From positions 72,632-136,631 of the forward strand of contig CAMXWF010000002.1 of NCBI GenBank assembly GCA_947252645.1: a stretch of DNA of 64,000 bases, given 5' to 3'. This document shows, piece after piece, positions 26,788 through 35,743 of this stretch (position 1 is the first letter of the stretch; every line of letters starts with the position of its first letter). The stretch is from an uncultured Bacteroidia bacterium. Its GTDB lineage: Bacteria > Bacteroidota > Bacteroidia > Bacteroidales > CAJPTX01. The notes beneath the pieces are model-generated. The model made no database searches and was not told the DNA's origin. It was given only the letters and a program-made list of their open reading frames with translations. Position numbers and translations under genes: made by a program.

Positions 26788-27008
26788 CCTACCGCGTCAA
26801 CGCCTATCCCAAGGTGAAAGACCAATTCCTCAAAAAATATCTCAAAACCCTCATGGGGGGCTTCGGCAGCGCAAGCCAAAATGCCCAGCTGCCCCTCGTG
26901 GATGAGCAGGTGGAGCTGCTCCGCCAAGTGGAGCAGATGCGGGGCATCCAGGCCCGCCTTCCTTTCCAGCTCTATCCGCCCAGAGCCAACGCCCAGCGCG
27001 TTTGGTAG
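26788..27008 (+). pseudogene. Orphan 3' fragment of sppA (last 73 codons)
   Basis: Track ORF 26814..27008 is identical to the SppA C-terminus (MKDQFLKKYLKTLMGG...ANAQRVW). There is no upstream sppA sequence. Confidence 0.85.
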
Positions 27009-27035
27009 GTATCGCGCTTACCCACGCCTTTAATC

Positions 27036-27068
27036 CCGGGCGTGTCCACTGCCAGTGGACACGCCCGG
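27036..27068 (+). terminator. Duplicate copy of the sppA terminator-like hairpin
   Basis: Same 16-nt inverted arms as 22474-22506 (offset 4562). Confidence 0.5.
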
Positions 27069-27188
27069 CTTCTTCCTAGGCTACGCCAGCTTTCCCGCTC
27101 ACCTTGTGCCGTTGGTGTCAGCAAAAACCTGGAAATGAGCTACTTTCAAGAATCCCTAGCACCCTATTGCAACCTGCTTAGAATTTGC

Positions 27189-27196
27189 TATATTTG
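27189..27196 (+). promoter_or_regulatory. Candidate -7 box TAtaTTTG for the small-protein transcription unit
   Basis: Exact TAnnTTTG 86 nt upstream of ATG 27282. The unit ends at the strong terminator at 27764. Confidence 0.35.
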
Positions 27197-27281
27197 CATT
27201 GCGCAGACGAGCCGCCTTCTCACCTATCGAGCCATGGGAGACTGTATGGTCAGGTCGGTGTAGTTTTAATGTATCAATATC

Positions 27282-27401
27282 ATGTCTAAGTGGTGTTTGA
27301 TGGGAGTGATGATGATTGCTCCAATCATCGCCTCGTGTAGTGCAGTAGATGCAGAAAAACCGGCCAATGGTGAGCGTAGTGTTACGCTTACCCAAGCGTA
27401 G
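27282..27401 (+). CDS. Possible 39-aa lipoprotein (below the ORF-track cutoff)
   Basis: My translation: MSKWCLMGVMMIAPIIASCSAVDAEKPANGERSVTLTQA, with lipobox IIASC. It lies in a lower-GC patch between a promoter box and the next small gene. Speculative. Confidence 0.25.
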   Translation: MSKWCLMGVMMIAPIIASCSAVDAEKPANGERSVTLTQA

Positions 27402-27528
27402 ACAGATGAATTCTGTAACGATTTTGTCGGTAGAGTGGTCTATGAGACCAACCTCTCTGTCCGGCTTCTCATTGCCGCTTCCTGTACGTGTCAACAGTAG
27501 TTTCGTCTTAAAATTTTGAGGTGTTATC

Positions 27529-27738
27529 ATGGAAAATATTCAGAGTAGGGGATTTCTGCATAGTAACGCTGCCCCGGTGTGGTTGCTTGCCGCGAGTATA
27601 GTCGTGACGCTCGCAGGGGCCTTGTTGAAAATCGAGCACCTCGTTGTCCCTCTGGCCACCACCCTTATGGCCATCGGCACTGTAGCTGCTCTCGCTGCCT
27701 TTATCTGGCTGCTAGTAGCCTTCGCGCGCCTCCGGTAG
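27529..27738 (+). CDS. Small two-TM membrane protein (GldL-N-terminus-like GALLKIEH motif)
   Basis: 69-aa ORF with two hydrophobic helices, followed 25 nt later by a strong terminator. Confidence 0.45.
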   Translation: MENIQSRGFLHSNAAPVWLLAASIVVTLAGALLKIEHLVVPLATTLMAIGTVAALAAFIWLLVAFARLR

Positions 27739-27763
27739 ACTACCTCGCATTGGCTCGAACTGT

Positions 27764-27806
27764 GGGTCTACTCCTCCGCGGCGCGGAGGAGTAGACCCTT
27801 CTTTAT
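27764..27806 (+). terminator. Rho-independent terminator
   Basis: GGGTCTACTCCTCCGCG / CGCGGAGGAGTAGACCC inverted arms followed by TTCTTTATT. Confidence 0.7.
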
Positions 27807-27946
27807 TCCCGTATGGGGCTAGGTTCTCTTTCCTTGGGCATCGCCGTGCAGCACCCCCCATTTGTCTAATTCGCCCGCCCCGCACCCCCTGTTGGGCTAC
27901 CACTTCTTCCCCCTTCAGCCCCAAGCCCGCCTAAGAGAATATTCTC

Positions 27947-27954
27947 TACCTTTG
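27947..27954 (+). promoter_or_regulatory. -7 box TAccTTTG upstream of the LptF/G-family gene
   Basis: Exact TAnnTTTG 23 nt before the TTG start at 27977. Confidence 0.4.
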
Positions 27955-27976
27955 TCAACAAATACTTGCCTCGGCC

Positions 27977-29578
27977 TTGTACCGCCTTCATCGTCTCCTG
28001 CTCCGGGCATTCTTGGGCCCCATGGTGCTCACGTTTCTCATCGTGATGTTCATCATGGTCATGCAGTTCCTATGGAAGTACATCGATGAGCTGGTCGGCA
28101 AAGGGTTCACCATAGACCTCATCCTGGAGCTCATGGGCTATGCGGCCGTGACCCTCATCCCCATGGCCATGCCGCTGGCATTGCTCTTGGCCGCCCTGAT
28201 GACCATGGGCAACTTGGGCGAGCATAGCGAGCTGCTGGCCATGAAGGCCGCAGGAATCTCCTTGGTCCGCATCCTAGCCCCCATGGCCGTGGTGAGCACA
28301 ATGATTGCGGTGCTTGCGTTCTTCATTGGTAACAACGTGGCGCCCGTGGCCTGCCGGAAGATGGACTCCCTCATCTACAGCATGCGCCAGAAAAAACCCG
28401 AGCTCATCATCCGCCCGGGCATGTTCTATAACGGCATCGAAAACTATACCATCCGGGTCGACTCCGTCCGCAAAAAGCCCGCCATGATGTTTGGCATCAT
28501 GATCTACGATCACTCCGCCGGGCTGGGCAACGTGGCGGTCACCGTCGCCGATTCGGGCAACATCGACATGGCCGCCGACCAGCAAAGCCTCCGCGTGGAG
28601 CTCTTCTCCGGCTGCGCCTACGAAGAACTCGAACCCAACGCCTTCTACGCCCAAGAGGCCGCCCTGCCGGCCAGAAGGGTGCAGTTCAAACGTCAAGTAG
28701 GCCTGCAGAAGCTCGAGGGGTTCGACTTCAAACGCGAGGACGAAAACCTCTTCAAGGATGACTACATGGCCATGAACGTGGCCCAGATCCGTCACTACGC
28801 CGACTCCGTCAGGCAGATTATCGACACCTGCCACCAGCGCCGCCTTCGCCTAGTGCTGCGCCAGTTGCGCTATCGACCCGCGCCTGAGTCTGTCGACTCT
28901 GCGACTCTAAAGCCAGGCCCCGACAGCCTCGCTGCCGACACGCAGAGCCCGGCCCCTACCGCGGTCCTGGCTGCCCAGCCCGCCCCGGCCCGCCCCGCCA
29001 ACGACACCGCCCCACTGCGCGGCTCAGCACAGCTTCACGACACCCTCCTGCTCCACCCATTGCCTTTTGACTCCATCTACCAGGCCTCTGCGCGCCCCGA
29101 CCGCCGCCGCTACCTGGGCCTAGCCCTCTCGCGGGCCCAGATGGCTAAGGAGGGACTCGCGTCCCTCACCGACGACCACGATTACTACCAACGGCGCATG
29201 GTGCGCTACCTCGTGGAGTTGCACAGAAAGTACACCCTCTCAGTGGCCTGCATCCTCTTCTTCTTCATCGGGGCGCCCCTAGGCGCCATCATCAAGAAGG
29301 GCGGTTTCGGCGTCCCCACCGGCATCTCGGTGCTCTTCTTTGTAGTCTACTACGTCGTCTCGCTCACCACCGAGAAATTCGCCCGCCAGCTTACTTGGGA
29401 CGTGCTGCCCGGCATGTGGTTCAGCACCTGGATCCTGGTCCCCGTGGCCTTGGCGTTGCTCTACAGGGCGACCAACGAGTCCAGCCTCCTCCGGGGCAGG
29501 CTCTGGCCCACCTGGCCCGCTCGCCCCCGTCAAGCGCCGCGGGTCAAGCCTTCCCAACCGCGCGATACAACAGAATAG
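27977..29578 (+). CDS. LptF/LptG-family (YjgP/YjgQ) lipopolysaccharide export permease
   Basis: N-terminus YRLHRLLLRAFLGPMVLTFLIVMFIMVMQFLWKYIDELVGKG; 6 TM pattern with a large periplasmic loop. TTG start per the track. Contains a Pro/Ala-rich insert. Confidence 0.8.
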   Translation: MYRLHRLLLRAFLGPMVLTFLIVMFIMVMQFLWKYIDELVGKGFTIDLILELMGYAAVTLIPMAMPLALLLAALMTMGNLGEHSELLAMKAAGISLVRILAPMAVVSTMIAVLAFFIGNNVAPVACRKMDSLIYSMRQKKPELIIRPGMFYNGIENYTIRVDSVRKKPAMMFGIMIYDHSAGLGNVAVTVADSGNIDMAADQQSLRVELFSGCAYEELEPNAFYAQEAALPARRVQFKRQVGLQKLEGFDFKREDENLFKDDYMAMNVAQIRHYADSVRQIIDTCHQRRLRLVLRQLRYRPAPESVDSATLKPGPDSLAADTQSPAPTAVLAAQPAPARPANDTAPLRGSAQLHDTLLLHPLPFDSIYQASARPDRRRYLGLALSRAQMAKEGLASLTDDHDYYQRRMVRYLVELHRKYTLSVACILFFFIGAPLGAIIKKGGFGVPTGISVLFFVVYYVVSLTTEKFARQLTWDVLPGMWFSTWILVPVALALLYRATNESSLLRGRLWPTWPARPRQAPRVKPSQPRDTTE

Positions 29579-29604
29579 TGCCCCAGTGCGTTTACAGCTA
29601 ATAA

Positions 29605-30852
29605 ATGGATGTTCTGATGGCTACACAAGAGGACTTGAGCACGCAGCTCAGCACCATCGATGAGGCAATAGAGGCCTTTAAGCAGGGCGAGTTCGTCATC
29701 GTGGTCGATGATAAGGACCGCGAGAATGAGGGTGACCTGATCATCGCTGCTGAGAAGATCACCCCAGAAAAGGTCAACTTCATGCTCCGCTATGGAAGGG
29801 GAGTCCTGTGCGCGCCTGTCTCTGAGGCCCGATGCGAGGCCCTCGAGCTCCCCATGCAGGTGCAGCACAACACCTCCTCCCATGAGACCCCCTTCACTGT
29901 CACGGTCGATCGCATCGGCAATGGCTGCACCACCGGGGTCTCCATGCACGATCGGGCGGAGACCATCCTGGCACTAGCTGACCCTACTACCAAGCCTTCC
30001 GACTTGGGCCGCCCCGGCCACGTATGCCCCCTACGAGCCAGAGAGAAGGGCGTGCTACGCAGAGCTGGCCATACCGAGGCCGCCTATGACCTCACACGCC
30101 TGGCGGGCCTCCAGCCCGCCGCGGCTCTCATCGAGGTCATCAAAGAGGACGGCACCATGGCCCGACTCCCCCAGCTGATAGACATGGCCCACAAGTATGG
30201 CTTTAAAATCATCACCATCGAGGACCTGATCGCCTATCGACTCAAGCGCGAGAGCATCATCGAGAAAGGCGCCGAGTCTACCCTCCCCACCCGCTGGGGC
30301 ACCTTCAAGGTCATTCCCTTCATCCAAAAGAGCAATGGTCTAGAACATCTGGCACTGGTCAAGGGTACTTGGACTCCCGATGAGCCCGTGCTGGCCAGGG
30401 TGCACTCATCTTGCATGACGGGCGACATCTTCGGCAGCTACCGCTGCGACTGCGGCGAGCAGCTCCACGTGGCCATGCAACGTATCGAGCAGGCCGGCAA
30501 GGGGGTGCTTGTCTATATCAATCAAGAGGGACGCGGTATCGGGATCTTCAATAAGATCCATGCCTACCAGCTCCAGGACGAGGGGATGGACACTGTGGAT
30601 GCCAATGTGGCGCTTGGCTTCAAGCCCGATGAACGCGACTACGGGGTCGGGGCTTCCATCCTCAACGCCCTGGGCGTGACCAAGATGCGCCTCATGACCA
30701 ACAATCCCGTCAAGCGTAGCGGCCTGGAGGGCTACGGGCTCCAGATCACCGAGGTGGTGCCTATCGAGATTACCCCCAACGAGTACAACCGCCACTACCT
30801 AGAGACCAAGCGCGACAAGATGGGGCATCGTATTCTAGAGGGCGACAAGTAG
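29605..30852 (+). CDS. ribBA: Bifunctional 3,4-dihydroxy-2-butanone-4-phosphate synthase / GTP cyclohydrolase II
   Basis: RibB motif [21 protein letters not shown]. RibA motifs [31 protein letters not shown]. Confidence 0.92.
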   Translation: MDVLMATQEDLSTQLSTIDEAIEAFKQGEFVIVVDDKDRENEGDLIIAAEKITPEKVNFMLRYGRGVLCAPVSEARCEALELPMQVQHNTSSHETPFTVTVDRIGNGCTTGVSMHDRAETILALADPTTKPSDLGRPGHVCPLRAREKGVLRRAGHTEAAYDLTRLAGLQPAAALIEVIKEDGTMARLPQLIDMAHKYGFKIITIEDLIAYRLKRESIIEKGAESTLPTRWGTFKVIPFIQKSNGLEHLALVKGTWTPDEPVLARVHSSCMTGDIFGSYRCDCGEQLHVAMQRIEQAGKGVLVYINQEGRGIGIFNKIHAYQLQDEGMDTVDANVALGFKPDERDYGVGASILNALGVTKMRLMTNNPVKRSGLEGYGLQITEVVPIEITPNEYNRHYLETKRDKMGHRILEGDK

Positions 30853-30886
30853 CGCGCGGCAGATTCCCCTTTAGGCCTTGCTGCTG

Positions 30887-31861
30887 ATGTCACCTTCGCT
30901 GGTTGGTCTGCGGGTGCTCTACTTGGGAACGCCCGACTTTGCTGTCAAGCCGCTGGAAGCTCTCCAGGCGGCGGGGGCCACGATTGTAGCTGTGGTCTCC
31001 AGCCCCGACCAGCCTGCTGGGCGCGGTCTGCGAATGCGCACGCCCCCAGTGGCCGAGGCCGCCCTGCGTCTCCAGCTCCCGCTCCTGCAGCCGAAGGATC
31101 TGAAGGCCCCCGCATTCCTAGAGCAGGTGCACCAGCTCGCCCCAGATTTGGGGGTCGTGGTGGCCTTTCGCATGTTGCCTAGAGCCCTGTGGTCCATCCC
31201 TTCGCTTGGCACCTTCAACATCCATGCCGCCCTCCTGCCCGCCTACCGTGGGGCCGCCCCCATCAACTGGGCCATCATCCACGGCGAAGCCACCACGGGG
31301 GTCACCTCTTTCCTCCTCGACGACCACATGGATACTGGCCACGTGCTCCTCCAGACCGAAACCCCTCTCGGGTCCAGCACCACGGCAGGCCAACTCCACG
31401 ACACCCTGGCCAGCTTGGGCGCCCAGCTGGCCGTGCAAACCGCCTACGGCCTCCTGCATCAGGCCCTTACCCCCCGACCGCAGCCCGAGGTGGAGAATCC
31501 ACCATTGGCCCCCAAGTTCTTCCGGAATGACATGCGCATCCACTGGACGCAACCCGCCGACCAGATCCACAACCTCGTGCGCGGGCTCGCCCCGGCCCCG
31601 AGCGCGTGGACGCAGCTCATGGTGGACGGCAAACAGCTCGACAACGTGAAAATTCACGCCACTAGACCTCTGCAAGTGGGGATTAGCCCTACCCTGGCCC
31701 CCGGGGAATGCCGCTTTGAATCTGTGCCCCCGCACCTACTAGTCGGCTGTGGACAGGGGTCCCTGCTCGAGCTCCTCGCCCTCCAGCTCCCCGGAAAGCG
31801 CGCCATCTCCGCCGCAGAGTTCCAACGAGGATACGGAAATCGTACCCTCCTATTCAATTGA
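30887..31861 (+). CDS. fmt: Methionyl-tRNA formyltransferase
   Basis: GTPDFAV, SPDQPAGRG, NIHAALLPAYRGAAPINWAII motifs. Start set to ATG 30887; the track uses TTG 30878. Confidence 0.88.
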   Translation: MSPSLVGLRVLYLGTPDFAVKPLEALQAAGATIVAVVSSPDQPAGRGLRMRTPPVAEAALRLQLPLLQPKDLKAPAFLEQVHQLAPDLGVVVAFRMLPRALWSIPSLGTFNIHAALLPAYRGAAPINWAIIHGEATTGVTSFLLDDHMDTGHVLLQTETPLGSSTTAGQLHDTLASLGAQLAVQTAYGLLHQALTPRPQPEVENPPLAPKFFRNDMRIHWTQPADQIHNLVRGLAPAPSAWTQLMVDGKQLDNVKIHATRPLQVGISPTLAPGECRFESVPPHLLVGCGQGSLLELLALQLPGKRAISAAEFQRGYGNRTLLFN

Positions 31862-31888
31862 TAGTTACCCTTTAGGTCGTGTGGTGCT

Positions 31889-32644
31889 ATGCAACAGGTG
31901 CTAATAGTGGGTTATGGGAAGATGGGCCGCGCCGTGGAGGCCTCTTGTCGCGAGCAGGGCTACCAGGTGGTGGGCCACGTGAATAGCCTGGAGGCCCTAG
32001 AACGAGTCTTGGCGGAGCATAGAGGCCCCATGGTGGCCGTAGAGTTCACGCAGCCCAGCGCCGCTGTCGACAATCTGCTGGCGTGCATAAACGCTGGCGT
32101 ACCCGTAGTGTGCGGCACGACCGGCTGGTACGACCAACTGCCTTCCGTGGCAGAGTGCCTCGCGCAGCATCCTGAGGGCGCCCTAGTCTACGCACCAAAC
32201 TTCAGCCTAGGAGTCTACTACACGCGAAAGATGGTCCAGGTGCTCGCCACGATGAACCGACTCCTACCCCAGACTACCCGCGTGGCCATTACGGAGGCCC
32301 ACCATGCCGAGAAAAAGGATGCACCTAGCGGCACGGCCATCATGCTGGCCCAAGAGTTCCTAAAGCCCAAGGGGCTTTACCCCCGCTGGAGCTTGACCCC
32401 GACCAATGACCCCGACGCCCTGCCAATCACCGCCATTCGCCAGGGGCAGGAGCCCGGGCGACACACCGTGGTGCTGGCTACGCCCGATGAATCCATCACC
32501 CTGACCCATCAAGCCGCGCAGCGCCATGCCTTCGTCACGGGCGTGATGATGGCCATTCCCTATATCGCCTCCCACCAGGGGCTGCACACCATGGACGATC
32601 TGATGCGCTGGGCCGAGCATGATGTGACCAACCACCAGGCGTAG
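31889..32644 (+). CDS. dapB: 4-hydroxy-tetrahydrodipicolinate reductase
   Basis: Rossmann VGYGKMGRAV; catalytic EAHHAEKKDAPSGTA; 251 aa. Confidence 0.85.
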   Translation: MQQVLIVGYGKMGRAVEASCREQGYQVVGHVNSLEALERVLAEHRGPMVAVEFTQPSAAVDNLLACINAGVPVVCGTTGWYDQLPSVAECLAQHPEGALVYAPNFSLGVYYTRKMVQVLATMNRLLPQTTRVAITEAHHAEKKDAPSGTAIMLAQEFLKPKGLYPRWSLTPTNDPDALPITAIRQGQEPGRHTVVLATPDESITLTHQAAQRHAFVTGVMMAIPYIASHQGLHTMDDLMRWAEHDVTNHQA

Positions 32645-32781
32645 GCTCGCCGCGGGCTCTCTCGCCCTGCGGGCGCAGGGGCTCGAATGGAGGCCCAATG
32701 CTGCAGCCTACCTCCTGGGGCAATCATGAAGTCCCAGGGGTGTTCCTTGCCAGTTTCCTCCCACCCTTCACGAAATTGTGC

Positions 32782-32870
32782 CCGTATCCTCTCCGTATCC
32801 TCTCCGTACCAACGCCGCTCTTTTAGCCTATTTTAGCGAAGGAGGTACGGAGTTGGTGGCTATTTGGCAC
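32782..32870 (+). repeat. Conserved intergenic element, copy B, preceded by 11-nt direct repeats
   Basis: CCGTATCCTCT x2 then CCGTACCAACG (11-nt phase), then CCGCTC ... GGAGTTGGT ... TTGGCAC. 49/66 identity to copy A. Confidence 0.5.
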
Positions 32871-33145
32871 ATGGGCGAACGTTTGCCCCAATGCGTGCGT
32901 GGTCAGCTTTGCGAATCATATGAATAGTAGGCCCAGTCGGCCGTTTTGCCCGTGGCAGCCGAGTTGCACCTCCGCGCGAAGTTTCGTCCTGGGTGTTGGC
33001 GAGGGGTAGGGCGGTGGGGGCGTTCCCCAGCTAGCGCGGCTTTGCTGCGCAGGCCAGCGTTCGGCGTGGGCGTTCGTCTGAAAACAGCTACCTTTACCAC
33101 CGTTTCTACGAACACGGCTATGGCCGCACGAAAAAATAAAGAGTG

Positions 33146-34561
33146 ATGGTAGAAAAGATAGTTACTTCATTGCGTGATCGGGCGGGGTACCGTTGGCTGG
33201 CCTTGGTGCTATTGGCCACGGGTATGTTCTTTGCCTACATCATGGTCGATGTGCTCTCCCCGCTGCAGGAGCTATTGCAGACTCAGCGCGGTTGGGATCC
33301 GGTGGCCTACGGTCGCTATGCGGGCTCGGAGATGTTTCTCAATGTCTTTGTCTTCTTCCTCATTTTCGCCGGCATTATTCTCGATAAGATGGGCGTGCGG
33401 TTCACCGCAATCCTGTCTGGGGTCGTGATGGTGGCTGGGGCGGCGATCAACTACTACGCGGTGTCAGCGGCCTTCGTGGGGAGTGGGCTAGAGCGCTTTT
33501 TCACAAACTATTTCAACCTGCCCGATGCGGCCTGGAATGTGACCCCGTGGGTGGAGGGGATGCCCGCCTCGGCGAAGCTTTCGGCCATAGGTTTTATGAT
33601 CTTTGGCTGCGGGTCGGAGATGGCAGGTATCACCGTCAGTCGTGGTATCGTCAAGTGGTTCAAGGGTAGGGAGATGGCACTGGCCATGGGCATCGAGATG
33701 GCGATTGCGCGTGTGGGCGTGGCGGTGGTGGTGCTGGGGTCGCCCTTAGTAGCCAGGATGACCCCGGTGGCTGTGTCGCGGCCTGTGGCCTTTACGCTGC
33801 TGCTGCTCTGCGTTGGGTTGGTTTGCTTCATCACCTACGGCTTCATGGATAAGCGGCTCGATGCCGAGGGGGTGGAAGAGGTGAAGGACGATCCCTTCAA
33901 AGTGCGCGATATTGGCAAGATCCTCTCCCTGCCTGTTTTCTGGCTTGTGGCCCTGCTCTGCGTACTCTACTACTCGGCCATATTCCCCTTCCAAAAGTAT
34001 GCCATTAATATGCTTCAGTGCAACCTGGACTTCACGGCGGAGCAGGCGGGATTGGTCTTTTTCGTCTTCCCGCTCGGGGCAGCGGCCATCACGCCTTTCC
34101 TGGGTAACTATCTTGACCGTAGGGGCAAAGGCGCCTCGATGCTTATCGTTGGGGCAGTCCTGATGATTGTTTGTCACCTGACGTTTGCCTTCCTCGTGCC
34201 AGCCACACAGAGCGTTGTCATCTCCTACGCGGCTATCATTGTCCTGGGCATCTCCTTCTCCCTGGTGCCGGCAGCCCTGTGGCCCTCGGTGCCAAAGCTC
34301 ATCGACGAGAAGCTCCTGGGCTCGGCCTATGCGCTTATCTTCTGGATTCAGAACATTGGTCTCTACGCCTTCCCCATGATTATCGGCGTGGTGCTCCAGA
34401 AATCCAACCCGGGCATCACCGACCCGCTTCAGTATGACTACTCCGTCCCGATGTGCGTCTTCGCCTCGCTGGGGGCGCTTGCGCTCGTGCTGGGCTTTGT
34501 GCTCAAGGCCCTCGACAAGAAGGGCGGCTACGGCCTAGAGCTGCCCAACAAAGTAGATTAG
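33146..34561 (+). CDS. Major facilitator superfamily transporter
   Basis: 12-TM hydrophobicity pattern, 471 aa. Start set to ATG 33146; the track uses GTG 33143. Substrate unknown. Confidence 0.7.
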   Translation: MVEKIVTSLRDRAGYRWLALVLLATGMFFAYIMVDVLSPLQELLQTQRGWDPVAYGRYAGSEMFLNVFVFFLIFAGIILDKMGVRFTAILSGVVMVAGAAINYYAVSAAFVGSGLERFFTNYFNLPDAAWNVTPWVEGMPASAKLSAIGFMIFGCGSEMAGITVSRGIVKWFKGREMALAMGIEMAIARVGVAVVVLGSPLVARMTPVAVSRPVAFTLLLLCVGLVCFITYGFMDKRLDAEGVEEVKDDPFKVRDIGKILSLPVFWLVALLCVLYYSAIFPFQKYAINMLQCNLDFTAEQAGLVFFVFPLGAAAITPFLGNYLDRRGKGASMLIVGAVLMIVCHLTFAFLVPATQSVVISYAAIIVLGISFSLVPAALWPSVPKLIDEKLLGSAYALIFWIQNIGLYAFPMIIGVVLQKSNPGITDPLQYDYSVPMCVFASLGALALVLGFVLKALDKKGGYGLELPNKVD

Positions 34562-34728
34562 TTGCCTTGACCCCACGTTGTGGGGTGATGGTATTGGCGG
34601 GGGCTCGTTGGGCCCCCGCCTTGCTATCTAGTCTGCTGTCGGGGTGGACTGGGCAGCAGGGGCGGGAAGAGCGTTGGTGCATCGGGAAGGCTGGGCTTGA
34701 GACCAGGGTGATTTTATAGGGTACGTGC

Positions 34729-35697
34729 ATGGTTTTGCGGTATATTGACCTGTTTGCGGGCATCGGGGGCATGCGTATTCCCTTCGATGAGTTGGGCTAC
34801 CAGTGCGTGTTTGCCTCGGAGTGGGATGGCCGTGCGCAGCAGACCTACCAGGCCAACTTCCAGCACTGCCCTGCGGGGGATATCACGGCCATTCCCAGTG
34901 AGGCTATCCCGGCGCACGATGTGCTGCTGGCGGGCTTTCCTTGTCAGGCCTTCTCCATCATGGGGCATCAGCGAGGCTTTGAGGATACCCGCGGCACGCT
35001 CTTCTTCGAGGTGGCGAGGATCTTGGCCTACCATCGGCCTCGAGCCTTCCTGCTTGAGAATGTGAAGCAGCTGCAGACGCATGATCATGGGCGCACATTT
35101 GCCACTATCCTCGCTACGCTCCGGCAGCTCGGCTACGCAGTGAAGTACGCAGTGCTCAACGCGCTCGATTTTGGCCTCCCCCAGAAGCGGGAGCGCACGA
35201 TCATTGTGGGTTTTCTCGATGCGGCCCTGGCGGGCTATTTCTCCCTAGAGTTCGCTGCGCAGCCCTACTCGCTGGCGGCGCTGCTGGAGCCAGAGGCATC
35301 GATCCCCCAGGAGGTGTTCGCTTCCCCGGCCATACAGCAAAAGCGACAGAGAGCCGTGGAGGGGAAGAAGAGGCTTTCTCCCTCGGTGTGGCACGAGAAT
35401 AAGGGGGGCAGCGTGTCGATTCACGACTATTCCTGCGCGCTGCGGGCGAATGCGTCGTACAACTACTTGCTGGTAGATGGTCGCCGCCGTTTTACCTGCC
35501 GGGAGCTGTTGCGGTTGCAAGGCTTCCCCGAGTGGTTTCGCGTGGTAGTGTCGCCGGCGCAGCTCCGCCGGCAGGTGGGGAATTCGGTGCCTGTGCCCAT
35601 GATACGGGCTGTGGCCAAGAGGATTGATAGGTGCTTGATGGGGGGCTCTCCATATGAAAACGCCGAGGCTGCGGGACGCGCGACACACCGGGGGTAA
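34729..35697 (+). CDS. DNA (cytosine-5)-methyltransferase, M.HhaI-like architecture
   Basis: Motif I DLFAGIGG, IV GFPCQAFS, VI ENVKQL, VIII QKRERTIIVG, X GNSVPVPM. N-terminal two thirds are collinear with M.HhaI as I recall it, but the target-recognition region differs. Confidence 0.9.
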   Translation: MVLRYIDLFAGIGGMRIPFDELGYQCVFASEWDGRAQQTYQANFQHCPAGDITAIPSEAIPAHDVLLAGFPCQAFSIMGHQRGFEDTRGTLFFEVARILAYHRPRAFLLENVKQLQTHDHGRTFATILATLRQLGYAVKYAVLNALDFGLPQKRERTIIVGFLDAALAGYFSLEFAAQPYSLAALLEPEASIPQEVFASPAIQQKRQRAVEGKKRLSPSVWHENKGGSVSIHDYSCALRANASYNYLLVDGRRRFTCRELLRLQGFPEWFRVVVSPAQLRRQVGNSVPVPMIRAVAKRIDRCLMGGSPYENAEAAGRATHRG

Positions 35698-35743
35698 TGA
35701 GCCCTATCCGCGCAACGCCCCGACCAGGGAGGTGGTGGTGGCG

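Larger units (their letters stand above)
26788..27097. repeat. 310-bp direct repeat, copy 2
   Basis: Identical to 22226-22535. Starts exactly where transposase homology stops. Confidence 0.9.

Noticed and set aside
27156-27530. 124-aa minus-strand ORF with a C-x-x-C and His-rich patch (possible HNH-like)
   Set aside because: It lacks a proper HNH spacing and any promoter box. Its start codon would abut the plus-strand 69-aa gene start at 27529. The plus strand has a promoter box, small ORFs and a terminator that better explain the region.
29579-29604. FMN riboswitch upstream of ribBA; cobalamin or TPP riboswitch upstream of the TonB-dependent receptor (3173-3596)
   Set aside because: Only 26 nt separate lptF/G from ribBA, which is too short for an FMN element. 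I could not find the B12 box or the TPP CTGAGA/ACCTGA cores in 3173-3596 by eye. An Rfam scan would settle it.
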